Of a stretch of 64,000 bases of DNA, positions 1 through 13,500 are shown in pieces. Location: assembly GCA_964187785.1 (NCBI GenBank), contig OZ076409.1:79672001-79736000 (forward strand). Direction: 5' to 3'. The notes beneath the pieces were generated by a model. That model worked only from the letters and a program-made list of their open reading frames with translations, was not told the DNA's origin and searched no databases. How positions within the stretch are numbered: position 1 is the first letter of the stretch; every line of letters starts with the position of its first letter. The translations under genes were made by a program, and so were the position numbers. The DNA is from Amphiscolops sp. MND2022. Its lineage: Eukaryota.

Positions 1-438
1 GTTTGTTTTTCACTGACTTTGGAAGTTCTGCCCTTTTTGTTTTCGACCGAGCTACAAATTCCTCATTGCGAATCACCTTGACTGACAACTGTGGTTTCGA
101 GCCTGGTTCAATTTTGAGCACAGACTCAAATTTTGAAGCCTCTTCTTCTGAAACTACTTTCACTCTATCTAAAGTGTAGTTTGCGAACTGTTTGTAACTT
201 CCCATGTTTTCTCGCGGTATGTCGTTAATGGTGGGGTAAACTACGTATGATGTGGGTTCGAGTTTTTCCTTAACCCATGAAACGTCGTAGCCTGAGCAGG
301 GTGAAAATTTCGCAAAGTTAAATACACCAGACATAACGGGCCACCAATTGAGAGCTGGTTCCGGAAATTCGCATGTTGATTGGTTCAGAAGGAACCCTGA
401 CACCTCCAAGGTTGGGCTTTTCCAGAAAAGACCACTGC
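1..438 (-). CDS. Host gene, next exon (runs off the window start)
   Basis: Stop-free frame GSGLFWKSPTLEV...CEFPEPALNWW...FNFAKFSPC...VVYPT...VKVIRNEEFVARSK continues to position 1. It is phase-compatible with the 887 donor via AG at 440-439, but this acceptor is weak and its exact position is uncertain. Confidence 0.65.
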
Positions 439-886
439 CTTTATAATTGATTCTCAAAAATTGGTGTTATTTAGAAAAATGAAGAAACTCCTGGCGATGT
501 GCTTTCACTATTTTCCCAAAAAATTAAATCAAGTCTAAAGTTTATTCGAAAAAAAGCTTACAGGAAAAAAATTAAAGAAGTGTGATGAACACAGGCTCAA
601 AACAGAGAGGTGTTAATAGAGAACTAAAATAATTTTGATGTGAATAATGCCGAGCAACTGTTGATACACGACAATTCAAAATTTCATTTTTGCCTCGAGC
701 CATTTGTTACAAAATGTACTTTTACGCAAATTTTAATATTTCTACTGTGAAAATATTCCAAAAAAAGCATTGTTTTAAGAATCGTGAAGAAAACGCAGTA
801 TTTGTGCGAACTTACAAGATATTGCAAAAAACCCATTTTACGTCAATTAAGGGGTCAATAATTTCATTGCTTTGAGAATCACAAAC

Positions 887-1463
887 CTTCATTGTTCCTG
901 ATGATAATAGTTACAAAAAAGACGCTGCACAGTGAGAGAAGAAGGTAAGTTTTGAGGTAATGGTGAGGTTTGACGTAAGGTAATTTTTGCATTTGGGCAA
1001 CCACGTAGTCAATAAGTTTCCAGAACAGTACGGAAAGGGTAAGAAAACTAAGAGACCCGGCTAAAACTAATCGATTGTATCCCCCGTGTTCTATGAAATC
1101 GTACCCATTCCCAGAATTCCAGGCGACAACGACTGCAATAACCCAGAAAATGCCGTACGGGAGAAGAGAATAACGCTGTGTGAAAACAATGGAATAGTAT
1201 AAGTAATTGAAAGATATAAGAGACACAGTTCCCAAAGCTAGCAGCAAAAGAAGCCCGTTTTCGTCGACAATCCATTTTCTACATGGGTCTAACTGGCCGT
1301 AAGGGCATCTGTACCAAAGCGCTAGCCAGTAGAAGACGATAGAAAGTGCAAGAAGAAAGAAGAAGACGAACGCTTCGTTGTTACACAGCGCCTGAATTCT
1401 TTCCAGCTTCTTTTCAAAAGCTTTTTTTGACAAAAATCTTTCAACTTTCTCTGATAAAGCCAT
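887..1463 (-). CDS. Host gene, first coding exon: multi-pass membrane N-terminus of a probable DUF229/alkaline-phosphatase-superfamily-like protein
   Basis: Part of ORF 879..1493 with ATG at 1463 (MALSEKV). About 5 hydrophobic helices and a GYDFIEHGGYN motif. Donor GAAG|GTTTGT at 887/886 (phase 1). The family assignment is from recall only. Confidence 0.7.
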
Positions 1464-1689
1464 ACAAAGCGTTGTTTTGTGAACGTTGAACACTTGCGAA
1501 CTTGGAAACCATGCAAGCTCAATGTTAAATCAAATTTGCAATGATGGTAGCTTTGCCAAGATCATGGCACGATTTTGCTAAAATCCAAAGATCGGTGGCG
1601 AGGGTACCGAAAGTATTAAAAGCAAGAAAAGCCGAAATATCTCTGAGTTTCTAAGTATAACTTGGTTGTATAACTTGTTTTTACTTTGG

Positions 1690-2100
1690 TAGAATAAAAA
1701 ACTTCTTTAAGTTCTTGAATTAGTGAATAGTACTCGAGTACGCTGGATTCCCAAATAACATAAGAGCAAATAACCTAAAAACTAACTTAGTTACAAATAA
1801 CAAAAATGAAATGAATTTTACTAATCATGAAAATAAAATTGGTTACGAAAAAGTTTTAGTGGTCTGAAGCTTTCACAATTTAAAAAAAGATTTACTGAAA
1901 AAAGTAAGAAAATTACAGAAAAAATATTGTGAGTTCGATTCTTCAACCGGTTATTCGGTTTTATTTTTATGTCATATGAACCTCATTTAATTTTTGTTAA
2001 ATGTTTCGTTTTTGTTATTTGCTCTCATGTTATTTGGTATGTAATTCTCGAGTACTACTTGCTCTTTGGAAGTTTAATAAAGACTTGTTATTTTAATTAG
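1690..2100. mobile_element. MITE-like element with degenerate long terminal inverted repeats
   Basis: TAGTACTCGAG...CCAAATAACATAAGAGCAAATAAC near 1728-1775 is mirrored by GTTATTTGCTCTCATGTTATTTGG...CTCGAGTACTA near 2015-2058. Boundaries are approximate. Confidence 0.55.
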
Positions 2101-2842
2101 TGTTAGTACCACTTAACTGATTGAATAATTGCTGTGAATTTAGAATTGAATTTTTGTCCCCAGATGAATTAGAGCACATCAATGTTTTTATTCAAATATG
2201 TATACTTTCTCATTTTGATTGTCATTTTTTCTCATAAGTAGAAACCTCAGGTTCATAGGCTATGAATAGAAACTGGGAAAATCTCATAGGATTCTCCCGA
2301 CCCTAAAATTCAGGGCCAATAAAATCTCTGTAGTTAACAATTTTGGAGCGTTTTTTCAAAGTCGCGTTCGAAGAAAATATTTTTGGATAATTTTCGAAAA
2401 TTTTGTCTCACTCAACTAGTTTGGGGGACCTTTGGCTTCAAATGAATCTGTATCAACTCTAAATATCCTGAAAATCGAAAGAGGGACCCTTTTGTAACAT
2501 TGAAAATTTCTCCAAGATACGTCATATCCGGTATACGGTATAACCCAACGCGTTAAATCCGGTATGGTTGAGTTATTGTCGAAGGGGACTTCTTTACAGC
2601 TCAAAGAGTATTTTGCCAGAATTGAAGAATTTTTCGCAGAACTATTTTGGACAGATCAGATGTATCAAAAAAAAACGGAAGGAAAGCAATCACTATAGTC
2701 GCTCTTTTTTAAAGAAAAATGCCAATTAAGAAGGTGAAAAGTGGGAAAAGAGGCTTGTCCCTTTTTGGACTTAAGCAAATTGTAGAACCTAAGAAGAAAT
2801 AGCCGATCGATTGAAAAAACGACAGAGAGTCATCATATCATA

Positions 2843-3514
2843 CAGTGGTGTGAAGAAAGAATGCGACTTAGCTGCTCAAAAAGGCTAATTTTGCAGTCGC
2901 ATATCTCCAAAACTATTCGAAGTGGTTCAATTTGATAAAAACAAAAGTTTCTTGAATTTTTGCTATGAATACAATGGTTTCTGTATGAAATTTTATTTAT
3001 CATTGTTTCCGAAGTTAGAAACATGTAATTTTTTGGGGAAAATATTTAAAATTGCTAATTATCGAGAAAATATCAGTGATCCAAAAAATATTTTTCGATA
3101 AATTTTGCCATGAGGATACACTCAAATCTCTCAAATACGATGAAAATTGATTTTGAATATATTTGGAAAATGTATATTGGTGGGAGTTTTACCAAGTGTA
3201 AGTCTGAAATTCCTATCTTAATACATGTATTTCCAATTTTACTGAACAAAAAAGTGCTCCCATTTTTGTTTTCTTGGTGATTTCCACAGACAAAAACTAT
3301 CATTGGATCGAGAAAAATCAGAGAAATTTTTTGGTATTATTTTCATGTAAAAATTATCCCCGAAAGACGGTAAAATATTAAAATACAGATTTTTGCGAGC
3401 GATCGAGGCTCGTTAAACCAATGAGATTTGAACAACGAGGCTTTGTGAACCAATCAGATTAGAGAATTCTTTGCATTCTGAGCAACTAAGTCGCATTCTT
3501 TCTTCACACCACTG
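2843..3514. mobile_element. Tc1/mariner-type MITE (non-autonomous)
   Basis: TIR CAGTGGTGTGAAGAAAGAATGCGACTTAG at 2843 and its reverse complement ending at 3514, with TA on both sides. Confidence 0.85.
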
Positions 3515-4666
3515 TATGCAGCATGACTTGTTGCATTTTATCTCATGGAACACCACTTGAAAACAATGAAGCGCATTCATTTAAAATTTCATATTTGCAG
3601 ATGTTGTTGTTTGCTAAAAACCGACATGGAAGAAGTCCACGTTGCTTTAAACAAGACGAGAGCACGTCTCAAGTCGGCGCGTCACTTAAGGCTTCGAATT
3701 GCTAAGTATTCCAACTAAGAAAAGGACTGTAACCGAAAGCTGCCGCGTAGTTTGTTTGAGTTACAAGAGACAAGAGCAGAAGGAACCTGAAGGGCTTCCA
3801 CTTGCCAACAGGTCCATTTCGCTTCTCTAAGGTCAATTATGTCCCGCAGGGGAGGAGATGCTGCTTCTGCTGAATACTCATCGACCGGTCCTGGTCTTTT
3901 ATTGCTAAAAGTAACGGGCATCTTTCTTGACTCTCAGGATCACCTTCCAAATGGTCTTTGAAAACAGTGCTGAAGAAAAAACAAATGAACTTTTTACATA
4001 GTAACTGGCAGTAACAGATGGCTCACGAGGAGGTAGAACATATCCACAGTGCTACGAGTGATGCTATAACACATTGAAATGGTAATGCACACCTTCATTA
4101 GGAAGGTGCAAGGGCTGCAAGCACCGGTAGCAAACGATTAAGCGAGAATACACATCATATGACATCCACTACGCTCCGTAGCAACATGCTAAATAGACTA
4201 ACAATAGGTCAAAATGTTAACACCACAATCTGTGATATTACCAGTTGCTAATTGAGTCTAAGGCAACTTTCATTCTGTGTCTATTCACGCATATTTTTAT
4301 CCGGTTCGACCACTCTCTCTTTCTCTGTTCTGCTTCTCTTTATGCGCGGCAGGTCTATATGATACGCCTCGTGCTGACGTCAAAATCGCTGAGTGATTTT
4401 TGTACTTTTTTGTCAATTTGTTGCAGATTAGAGGGTGACGCTACAGTTTTAATTATCGAATTCTAAATATTCCCACAGTACAAAAAAACTGTTTGAGCTT
4501 AAAAATGAAAGTGACGGTGCCAGTCAATTGCAAGACGAGAAACTAAACTTCGAACGTGACTGGTGAAACTTGTAACTCAAAACACTTTTAAACTCTGCCA
4601 TCATTTCAGTTGGAAGAATACAAACTTCACCAGAAACCGTGCATCGCAAAAAACACCAACCATCTT

Positions 4667-4973
4667 TGTCGCGCCCCAATTGGGGCTGCTTTGAAGGGCC
4701 TTGTGCACTAGTTGATGGGCTATCGCTGTTGGTTTTGTTAATAACGGCCATCATCAGGTCCTTCAGTTGGCAAAGCTCCGATTGGAGTTCGTTGATCTTA
4801 CGCTCATAATTCTCCTTCATTTCAGATAGCTGGGAGGAAATGTCGGAGCTTTCATATGTGTCGGAGTCATTAGAATTTAATTCTGCCATGGCTGAGTTCT
4901 CTGGCGTATTCTCTTCGGACGAGGGATCGACTATTTTGCCGTTTCTGAGCCTTGTACCTTGTTCTAGACTCAC
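4667..4973 (-). CDS. LTR-encoded Gag N-terminal coiled-coil segment (reads out of the LTR to 4524)
   Basis: SLEQGTRLRNGK...SEMKENYERKINELQSELCQLKDLMM resembles the LTR ORF at 18230 (ITLRNGK...LQSKMSMLKAMM). The frame is open to the LTR end. Confidence 0.65.
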
Positions 4974-6699
4974 GCGAATGGTTAAAACGGAGTGTGAGCG
5001 AAGACTGGGTTGTTGAGATATTTTGGGATGTATTTTCTAGTTTATGTCAATTTGTTCAATATGTCAATATCATCTAAATTTCATTGCAATGGTATTTACT
5101 AAAGATGATCATTCAGTGTTTTGCGAGTTGTTTTCTAGAGATCAGTTTCGGATGAATTTCTGGATAAACTTTACATGAATATACCAACTGTACGGTAGTC
5201 GGTCGCAATCTCTCACTGAATAATCAATATGGCGGCTCAAACTACAGCTGTGCGAGTGTCTTTCCTGGTTGGTAAGACGCAAATCTCTTACCAACCTTCG
5301 TTTCTATTGGTTGTTTCCAGCTGGTGCTACTTAGTAAGTCACGTGACCAGTGTTGCGAACTGCCGTAGGATGGCTACATACCATGGTAAATCTACATATA
5401 TGCAAATAGTATTGAATCATCAGCTTTACAGTGTTGTAATTGCCTGCACGTTAACAATGGTTGCTATGGAAATAGAAACAAGATGAATACACTCACTATT
5501 GCATCAATTTCAAGCCAAATTAAAATAAAACACATCTAGTGATGAGAAAATGATGTTTTCTACACGATAACAGCAATATCTGATAGCATTTGTATACAGG
5601 GATGAAGTAATGATGAAAACACTAAAATAATCACTGATTCCAAGCTCTAATTTAGTACAGGATGAAAAAGCGATGAAATCTCAGTTATTTCTGTCAAAAT
5701 TAGCACGAATTAAACTTGTGATGAAAAAGAGATGGACTTCCTTTCCTATTTGCTATTTCCAACACGGAATCGGGGAATTGGCGATGAATTAGGGATGTAT
5801 TTTCCAACAAACAAGTGAACCAGCGCAGTCACTCTTTTATGGTGAATTAAGGATGTACTTTCTCCTTTATCTCTCTTTCTAGTTATGCGATGAATAAATG
5901 ACGAGTTTCCTGTCTTAAGAAATGAGAAGCACATTTAAAATTACTAAAGCATATTCTAGCGATGAATTTATGATGAGTTAGTGAAAATAAAGACCCATGA
6001 AATCTGCTGATGGATTAGTGATGAAATAAATTAAAATGGTCCCATACTTAGTTCACTCACAACTCGGAGGATGAGTTTGTGATGAACTCTGGTAGAAATG
6101 GTTCTAAAGGCTCTTTAGCAAATCCATTGATGGATTTAGGATGAATTACTACAAATCGCAGTTGAATGAAATCACTGGCTAATTCACTGATGGATTTGCG
6201 ATGGATTTTACAGTAGCACCAGTTTATCCATGAAAAGTAGTCAATGATTTTAGTGGATGAGGAAAGATGAAGTTTCCTCTAGTGTGGTTGCATAAACTAA
6301 TACTGGGTCACATCGAAGTAAATGAATTGTCACTGCCGTCACTCTGAGGCGGGGAGCATATCGAAGCAACAAACTTCATCACTTTTTTTGTCTTTTGGTC
6401 CAGTTTGAACGGAAAACTTCTCTCTCTTGTCGTGACAAGCCAATTTTCAAGGATTATAGCACATTATGGCCATAGGCAAGATCATTTATGCGGAACACCG
6501 GAACTAGAGCGCTCAGTATTAAGTAGATATATATAGCTTACACTCAAAAGGGGGAAGGGAGTTAAGTACAAGTAACGTAGGGTTGCTCACAACCATAGCT
6601 CTTATTATATGACTTCATATTGCCCATATCTAAAAACATGACATAGTATTTACATTACAGATATTTAGTAGACTATATTTCCATCATGCTGGCATGACA
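4667..6699 (-). mobile_element. Ty3/Gypsy solo LTR (2033 bp), related to the 16795 element and inserted in the BEL 5' LTR
   Basis: On the minus strand it starts TGTCATGCCAGCATGATGGAAAT (near-identical to 16795 over ~135 bp) and ends CGCGACA. TSD is ATCTT/ATCAT (one mismatch). The flanks rejoin as BEL LTR. Confidence 0.9.
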
Positions 6700-7433
6700 A
6701 TCATTTTGACAAGAATTCATCCAACCACCCCTAAACATGACATGAACTTACTAGCGGTGGTAATTGCTTTTTTTTCACTCTAGGCACCCGACCTTGTATC
6801 TGCTTTGGATTCCGAGCAATTGGCACCGGAAGTGGTGAGAGTCGATCCGGAATATGTTCAATTTCGTGATACAAATTATTGGGTGTTCTTCTCTCATGAC
6901 GTTGAAAGAAATGTAACTCTGTTAAGTTAATGATATTTACATTGTGTCAACATGCTTTCGGGCACACCTACCAATAATGTCAAAACAGCCCGATAGCTGT
7001 TTACATAGCCAATAACTTCATATTGCACTTAAATGTCAAATAATAATATTTATTTTTACTTGCTCTACTTGCTCTGTTTACTGCAGAATTGTAAACTAGA
7101 TTTATATCAATCCTAGATAAGGAATTTAACGACTGAATAGCTTCGATCAGTCCTAGAGTCAGGGCGGAGAAGTACCTAATCTCATAGATGGCAAGTCGGA
7201 GCGCATGAAGATACAGAGCGGAAAGATTGTGACGGATCTCAAAAGACCCACCTTATTGTGAAGCGGGATCGCAGATAATCCTACAGGTCAGATCGGACCA
7301 ACAAGCTAAAACATACAGTCCATTAAAACACGAAAAACAGGACTAATAAGTAACGGTCCACAATACTAAACAACGGATCAGGGCGGCGTAAAGTAAAGCT
7401 TCACCACAAGATAAGGGCAAGCAGCCGTTACAT

Positions 7434-7450
7434 TGGTCCGCCGAACCAGA
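7434..7450 (+). promoter_or_regulatory. PBS of the BEL element (degenerate tRNA-Tyr type)
   Basis: TGGTCCGCCGAACCAGA lies 1 nt after the LTR end and resembles the TGGTCCTTCGAGCCGG PBS typical of BEL/Pao elements. Confidence 0.7.
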
Positions 7451-9053
7451 CGAAGACGAAGAAGACAACTAGTTGGTGGTCACAACTGAAGAAGATGGCC
7501 CAAGAGGAGAGACAGTATTGTGTTGTGACGCTTGGAGTTGGCCTGTTGTGACTCTGGAAGTTTGGCCAATTGTGACTCTGGGAGTGTGGGCTAACGTGAC
7601 TTTGGGAACTGAATTCAATTGGAAAATGAAGAGATGGCTGAACCTAAACTGTTTGATACCAACAAAATGAACATGATCAAAAAAAACTCAGTCGACAAAA
7701 GTGTGAATTTCTGTTACACAGCTGTCGGGCACGGTAAGGTGTCAAACAAATTGATGAGAACTAAGCTAGCAATGATGACAACTAACAGAAAGCAGAGCTA
7801 CTGTTACGACAAACAGATGCCGTAAATAGGCGAGAACGACTCATTAATGCAGACCAAAACGCAATAAAACTCAAATTTCAACCTCAGATACCATATTCAG
7901 AAAACACTGATGTCAGCATTGCACGAATAAAATGAGATACCAAGCTATTTGGATTACGTGGAAAAGAAATGTGCTGTTGATGAAAGCATGGTTAGCAATG
8001 AAAAGTAGCGCGATGAAACAATCGCAAAATGCAAAGATGTCGTCGAAAGCGGTTAAGCTACAACATGTCAAAATTTGCTGCAGAAAAGGTTTAACATCGA
8101 AACAAAAATTGAAGCTCTGCTGAAGTCAGGGGACGATGGAGCCAATTTGCGAAGTCTTGAAGACGCTGAACAAAGACCTGCAGGCGTTCGTGTAAATTCA
8201 AAAGTGATAAAACCCGTAATATGGTACATCACAAAAAAAGGATTTCAAACTTGACGACGAGAAAAAGAACATCACAACGCAAATGACAGCCAAGAGCCGT
8301 AAAATGGGGCTAGAGCATTGCCAGTAGAGGATTTGGTCTCACAATGGCAACGGGATGAAGCCATAAGCAACAAAACTTCCGTGTTTTTGGAAACGTCAAG
8401 TGTAAGACGAGTCCTCAATGAGAAGATGAAAAATTTAAAAGAGCAAGAAAAACTGAAAACCCGCTGTGAGAAACTGAGACGTAAAGCGAAACAATGTGAA
8501 AAGGTGACTTGCAAAAAGAGCTGGCTTGCAAAACCAAAAGAGCCGTGATGGAAACCGAGGGTCAAAGGTTCAAGTAGCTGTGGATCAATTTTCCAAAGCA
8601 TCTCACCGGTCGAACCACTATACGGCAGTCTGACAAAAGTCTCAGTATGGCTGGACAAAACAGAAGAAGTTGAAAACGGGGCTCAGTCAAATAACGTGCC
8701 GTCAGTATACCCACAAACGTCTGTATAAAAACCAGTCAAACAACACTATCAGCACGGAAGACATGTAAGGAACTTAAAATCCTAAGTGAAACCGATCATA
8801 TCTATAGAAGCCGCAGAACAAAGACTGCACACGGTGCTGGCAGTCAAAAAGCAGCAGTACAACCAAAACTTAAACTTCGAAACCGACAAAGATCTTTTGT
8901 GCAGACCAAAGTTGGGTACAACTTAAAAATGGAGGCAGCCTGAGAGGTACAATTGAAGTACCACAGTTAGCGAAACTGCAGAAACAGTGTTTACCAAATC
9001 AAGGGCCAAACATTGCCTCAAATACAAGAGACGACTACTACATCAGATCTAAC

Positions 9054-10590
9054 TTGCCAAAACTGAAGCTGTCAGAGTTTTTCAGTGACCCCGTGGAGCG
9101 GTTACAACGGTCGCAACTATTCCAAGCCACCATTTATGCAGCGAATATGGAACACAGTGCAAAGATGAAACAGTTGAAAAGCATGGTAACGGGCACAACC
9201 AAAGAGGCGACTTCTGGCTTGGGATACACTGCTAAAAAATATAATATGGCGTGGAACATGCTCGTTCTTATTTTTGGGAAACCTCAAATGCTTGTGAATG
9301 CATAGCTGGAGAAAATTTCTCCTTTCCAAAGATGAAATCTTATGAAGGATTAGCATTGATCAAATATGCGAGAATAGTGTCCAGTTGCGGGAATGTTCTG
9401 GCAAAATTCTCGTACGTTGAAGACTTAAACTCAGAAGGAGTTCTGGGCAGTGTCATAAGGAAGTTAACACTGGACATGAGAACGAAATGGCTCAGTTATG
9501 TCAAGCAATTGAACCTGTATCAACCTGGACTCACTCTGTTCAGGGAATGTCTCAGTGATATAGCAGATGTGCAAAATGAATTCCTTTTGTTATCAATCCC
9601 GAACGGTGATCACGCGAAGTCGCGCAACAAAGAAAAGGCCGAACGCTCCACGTATGCAGCATCAGCAACAAACACAGCAAACACAGCCAAGGACAATTCG
9701 AAAACCCAGCGAGAGTGTGTGCTGAATGATGACAAACATCCAATATAGAAATGTAAGAAATTCCAGAACTTGAACGTCGAAGAAAGAGGACAAAAGCTAA
9801 AGAATTGTGACTGTGCTTCAAATGTCTCTCAGACGCACATCAACTGAGGAATTGCTCTGGCAGACTCTGCGACGTCAATGGTTGCGGAAAACTTCAACAC
9901 AGATTGTCTCATCGGCCAAACAAGAACGTGGAGCAAGAGCAAATTGTTGAAAGCGTAGAGGAGGTCTCTAAATTTTCGTCAATGAGAAGCGGTGCGGTGC
10001 TTCCAGTCTTTCCGGTAACAATAAGGAGAGTGAGCAAACCTTTTAAAACAATCATTTTGTGCGAACCAGGCGCTAGTCTGTCGTTTGTGGACGAGAATCT
10101 GATGAACGCGCTAAATCTGACGGTGGCAGCCAGTTATTCTCAGTTTTGCAGGAATTTACGGTACGTCAGACATTAGCAGCAAGCAATTTCGAGTCGAGAT
10201 TGGTGATCAAGACGGAAACATCATTGAAGACGTCATGGCGTATAATCATGGCAAAATTAATGCAGGAAATCGAACATACAAGCTCACGAAATTGAAGGAA
10301 ACAAATCCTTACATGTCAGGTTAGAAAGACTCTGCCATCAACTTGAAATATGTTAAAGTATTCTTGGCTAAAGATTGTTATTACTTGTATATAGTTTCAG
10401 AATATAGCAAATATGGATATGCAAAACCTTGGACAGCGCAAACGAAGCTTGGATGGACTCTCAGTGAAACCTTGCATCAACAAGAGATCTCGAAACCATC
10501 CACTAAAAATATAGTTGCAGCCAAAGTGGACCCATTGACGGATCAAGTGAAAACATGGTGGAGTACGGAATTGTATGCTTCTGGCTGCAG
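9054..10590 (+). pseudogene. BEL/Pao gag-protease remnant (RT and IN apparently deleted)
   Basis: LPKLKLSEF..DP (DUF1759-like gag), CFKC...C...CDVNGCGK zinc knuckles, LCEPGASLSFV protease-like motif and PWTAQTKLGWTLS. Many stops and frameshifts. Confidence 0.8.
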
Positions 10591-13500
10591 AGAGGTTGCA
10601 GAAAAGTACGGAGAATTCAACAGACTTATTCGTTGTAGAAAGCAACTGGCAGGAAGTCAAACTATAGTCCTCCTCCTGGAAAAAAGTTTTGAGAATGGGC
10701 CCCACAATACCGGCCGCATCGGTGGAAAAAATTTTAGCAACGTGAATCTTTGGAAAATGAAACAATACTGGTGGAGAGCCAGATTCAGATCGAAATTCAA
10801 AGGATGATATTTTGACTGTAGTGCTGTGTATCGCCGCGCAGATGTTGAGAAACTAGCTGGAGAGAATATCGACTTATCTGAGAATCTTTTCTTTGGATCT
10901 CAGGAGATTTATCAGAGCTGAGTTACACGAGTTGAAACAATAATGGCTGAAATTGGTCAAGCGTTCTACAGCAGAGGAAGTGGCCCAACTCAAACTATAC
11001 GTGGGACGCTGATGTTGCAGGAACTGACAAATGTGACTGACGTGTCGAACGATGAAACCGTTTTGGCAAGTTTTATAATTGGAAAATGGGATGATATGGA
11101 AATCAATTGTATTGACAGTGAAACTGGCACCCTTGTTCTACGAAATCAATTTCTGGGAGAAAAACAGGGCAGGCAATGATGACGCCAATCAATTGCAAGA
11201 CGAAATACTGAAATTCGAACGTGACTGATCAAACTTATAACTCAAAACACTAAGACCTTTTGTCAAGATTTTAGTTGGAAAGTCACATGCTTCACCACAA
11301 ATAGTGCAACGCTTGAAACACCATTTCCTTTTTTTGTGAAGCACTCATCCTACCACCCCGGAAAAAGACATGAAGATACTAGAGGTGCTATTTCAACTTT
11401 TCACTCGTATCACCCGACCCCGTTTCCCTTTTGGGTTCCGAGCCACTAGCACCGGAAGCGATCAGCAAAATGTTCACTTTGGTGATACTATTTAAAAGGT
11501 GTTTTTCGCTAATGAAGTTGAAGGAAATGTAACTCTGTTGAAATTAATGATATACACATTGTGTCAACATGCTTCCGGACCCACCTACCGATATTACCAA
11601 AACCACCATAGAATTGTTTACATAGTCAATAACTTCATATTGCACTTAGGTTTCATTTAATTATACTTATTTAAATTTGCTCTATCTTTATTAAAGAATT
11701 GTAAAGATTTATATCGTTACTAGATGAGGAATTTAACAACTGAATAGCTTTAATCAAGTTGGGTCTCAGGAACACGAGACCTAATAACGTTCCATATCTT
11801 TACAACTTTCCGTTTGGGTCAGGGCGGACATATAGCTACTGTCATAGTTGGCGAGTCAGAGCGCGTGAAGATTCAGAGTGGAACGTTTGTGACGGATCTC
11901 AGTAGATCCACCCTAGTTTGAAGCGCAATCGCAGGAGAACCTACGAGTCCGATTGTACCCACCAGCTGAAAGATACAGTCCTCTAAAACACAAAACGAGG
12001 ATTGTTTAAGAAACGGTTTTAGAGCCGTTAGACCCATTAGAGCAAGCAGCCGTTACAAAAGGAAACAACGAAAAGGGAGACACTCAAGTGAAATTTGAAA
12101 ATTTCGTTCCAAAATCACAGTGCAGAAAACTCTAAAAGTGTGCCTTTGTAATCTTCCGTTTCGTAGATGATGTAAAAATGATGAAATTTCACAGCACAGT
12201 TCCTTCAGCCTATTGAATTCTTAGGCTAAAAGCGTATGTTTCGTAACACTTATGTCGAATCGTCACATTTTTGTCGTTTCCTGGCATTCGTGTCACTCTT
12301 GAAAGAAGGAGATACAAATAACTATAGTAATCTTGCGATATCAGTTGGCATACACGAAATCACCTAGTGGCATACACGTACACATCAAAGAAAGAAAGAA
12401 GTCGTCGCTTTCAAATGGGAAAAAAGCTATTACTTTGAAGTGATTTTTACTCTTCATTGTGTCAATAACGACATTTAGTATACGTCAACGCAACTATCAG
12501 TCCATTTTTACAGCCCACGGTGCGATGTGGTCACCCTTGAGTAGATACGACAACGGGATTTCTCGCAAAAAAAAGTTCTTGTCGAAACAAAATCTTGAAA
12601 GCATTTGGCGTTCCCCATTTGGTCTACTCTTGACGCATATGATAGCGTTGGTCATTTTGAAAATAAATTGGAAGAAAACATTTGGAGTCAGCAAAATGTA
12701 CGAAAAAGGGTTTATTCTGGGGAAAAAATCTTATAACCAGAATAGTGTTGAATAACTTCAAAAAACGTTTCTGAAAGTCCTAAACGTTTCCTATGCACCA
12801 AAAAGATTACGTTTTGAGAACTTTTTTCTTTGAATTTGTTTAGGTAACATTGAAAAAAGGTGACGTTTTCAGCTCCAACGAGAATAGACATTACATTTGG
12901 TCTTACTTGAATTTTTTAAACCAGTTTTTATCCAGTTTATAATTGTTGAATTATTGCCGTTTCCGGTCAAAATTCTTCACAGTTAATAATGTCAAAAATT
13001 CAATCAGATTGTTTAATGAACAAGTTTAGTCAAAAGTCAAAGCAATCAAAATTACCAAGTATCATTACGTTTTTGATTCTCTCATTATTTTGGCATTGGC
13101 GTTTCTTTCTGACCCATCTGTTAATCACCGGTGTAATGACACTGTGATACGCTTCATTCCGTCCGAGTAAGAAACTCTAGCCTTAGATGGAAGACTTCGA
13201 ACCAAAAAAAAAAGAGTCTCAAGTGTAAAAAATACGAAAAATAGCACTTGGACAATCTAAATAAGAGCAAAGTAGCTTATCGTAGTTTCGATTCGAGGTA
13301 CGAATATAAATGATAGCTTTTTAGATGCCTCGTGGCTAAAAACGATTGTGAAAAAATTCAAAGCTTGAAGAGGAATGGGAATTCATGCAACCTTGAGTTT
13401 GTGATTCCACACCCGTGTCACTTTGGCCAACGGCATCTCCAATAAACTGTGCTGAGTGATGGAATGAGAATTTGGGTAACCTCCTGGCAGGGTCATGTCT

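Larger units (their letters stand above)
4512..12057 (+). mobile_element. Decayed BEL/Pao LTR retrotransposon. The 5' LTR (4512-7432) is interrupted by a Gypsy solo LTR; the 3' LTR is 11177-12057.
   Basis: Diverged direct repeats TGACGGTGCCAGTCAATTG / TGATGACGCCAATCAATTG, both ending GCAGCCGTTACA. Purine-rich tract before 11177. AAAG flanks both ends. Internal BEL gag/protease remnants. Confidence 0.85.

Noticed and set aside
3715..4200. Possible minus-strand exons
   Set aside because: Splice-like signals are present, but I found no consistent open frame or recognisable protein.
5541..6270. Regularly spaced motif array resembling a CRISPR array
   Set aside because: Only two tetramers per unit are conserved, the array lies inside a eukaryotic LTR, and no cas genes are present.
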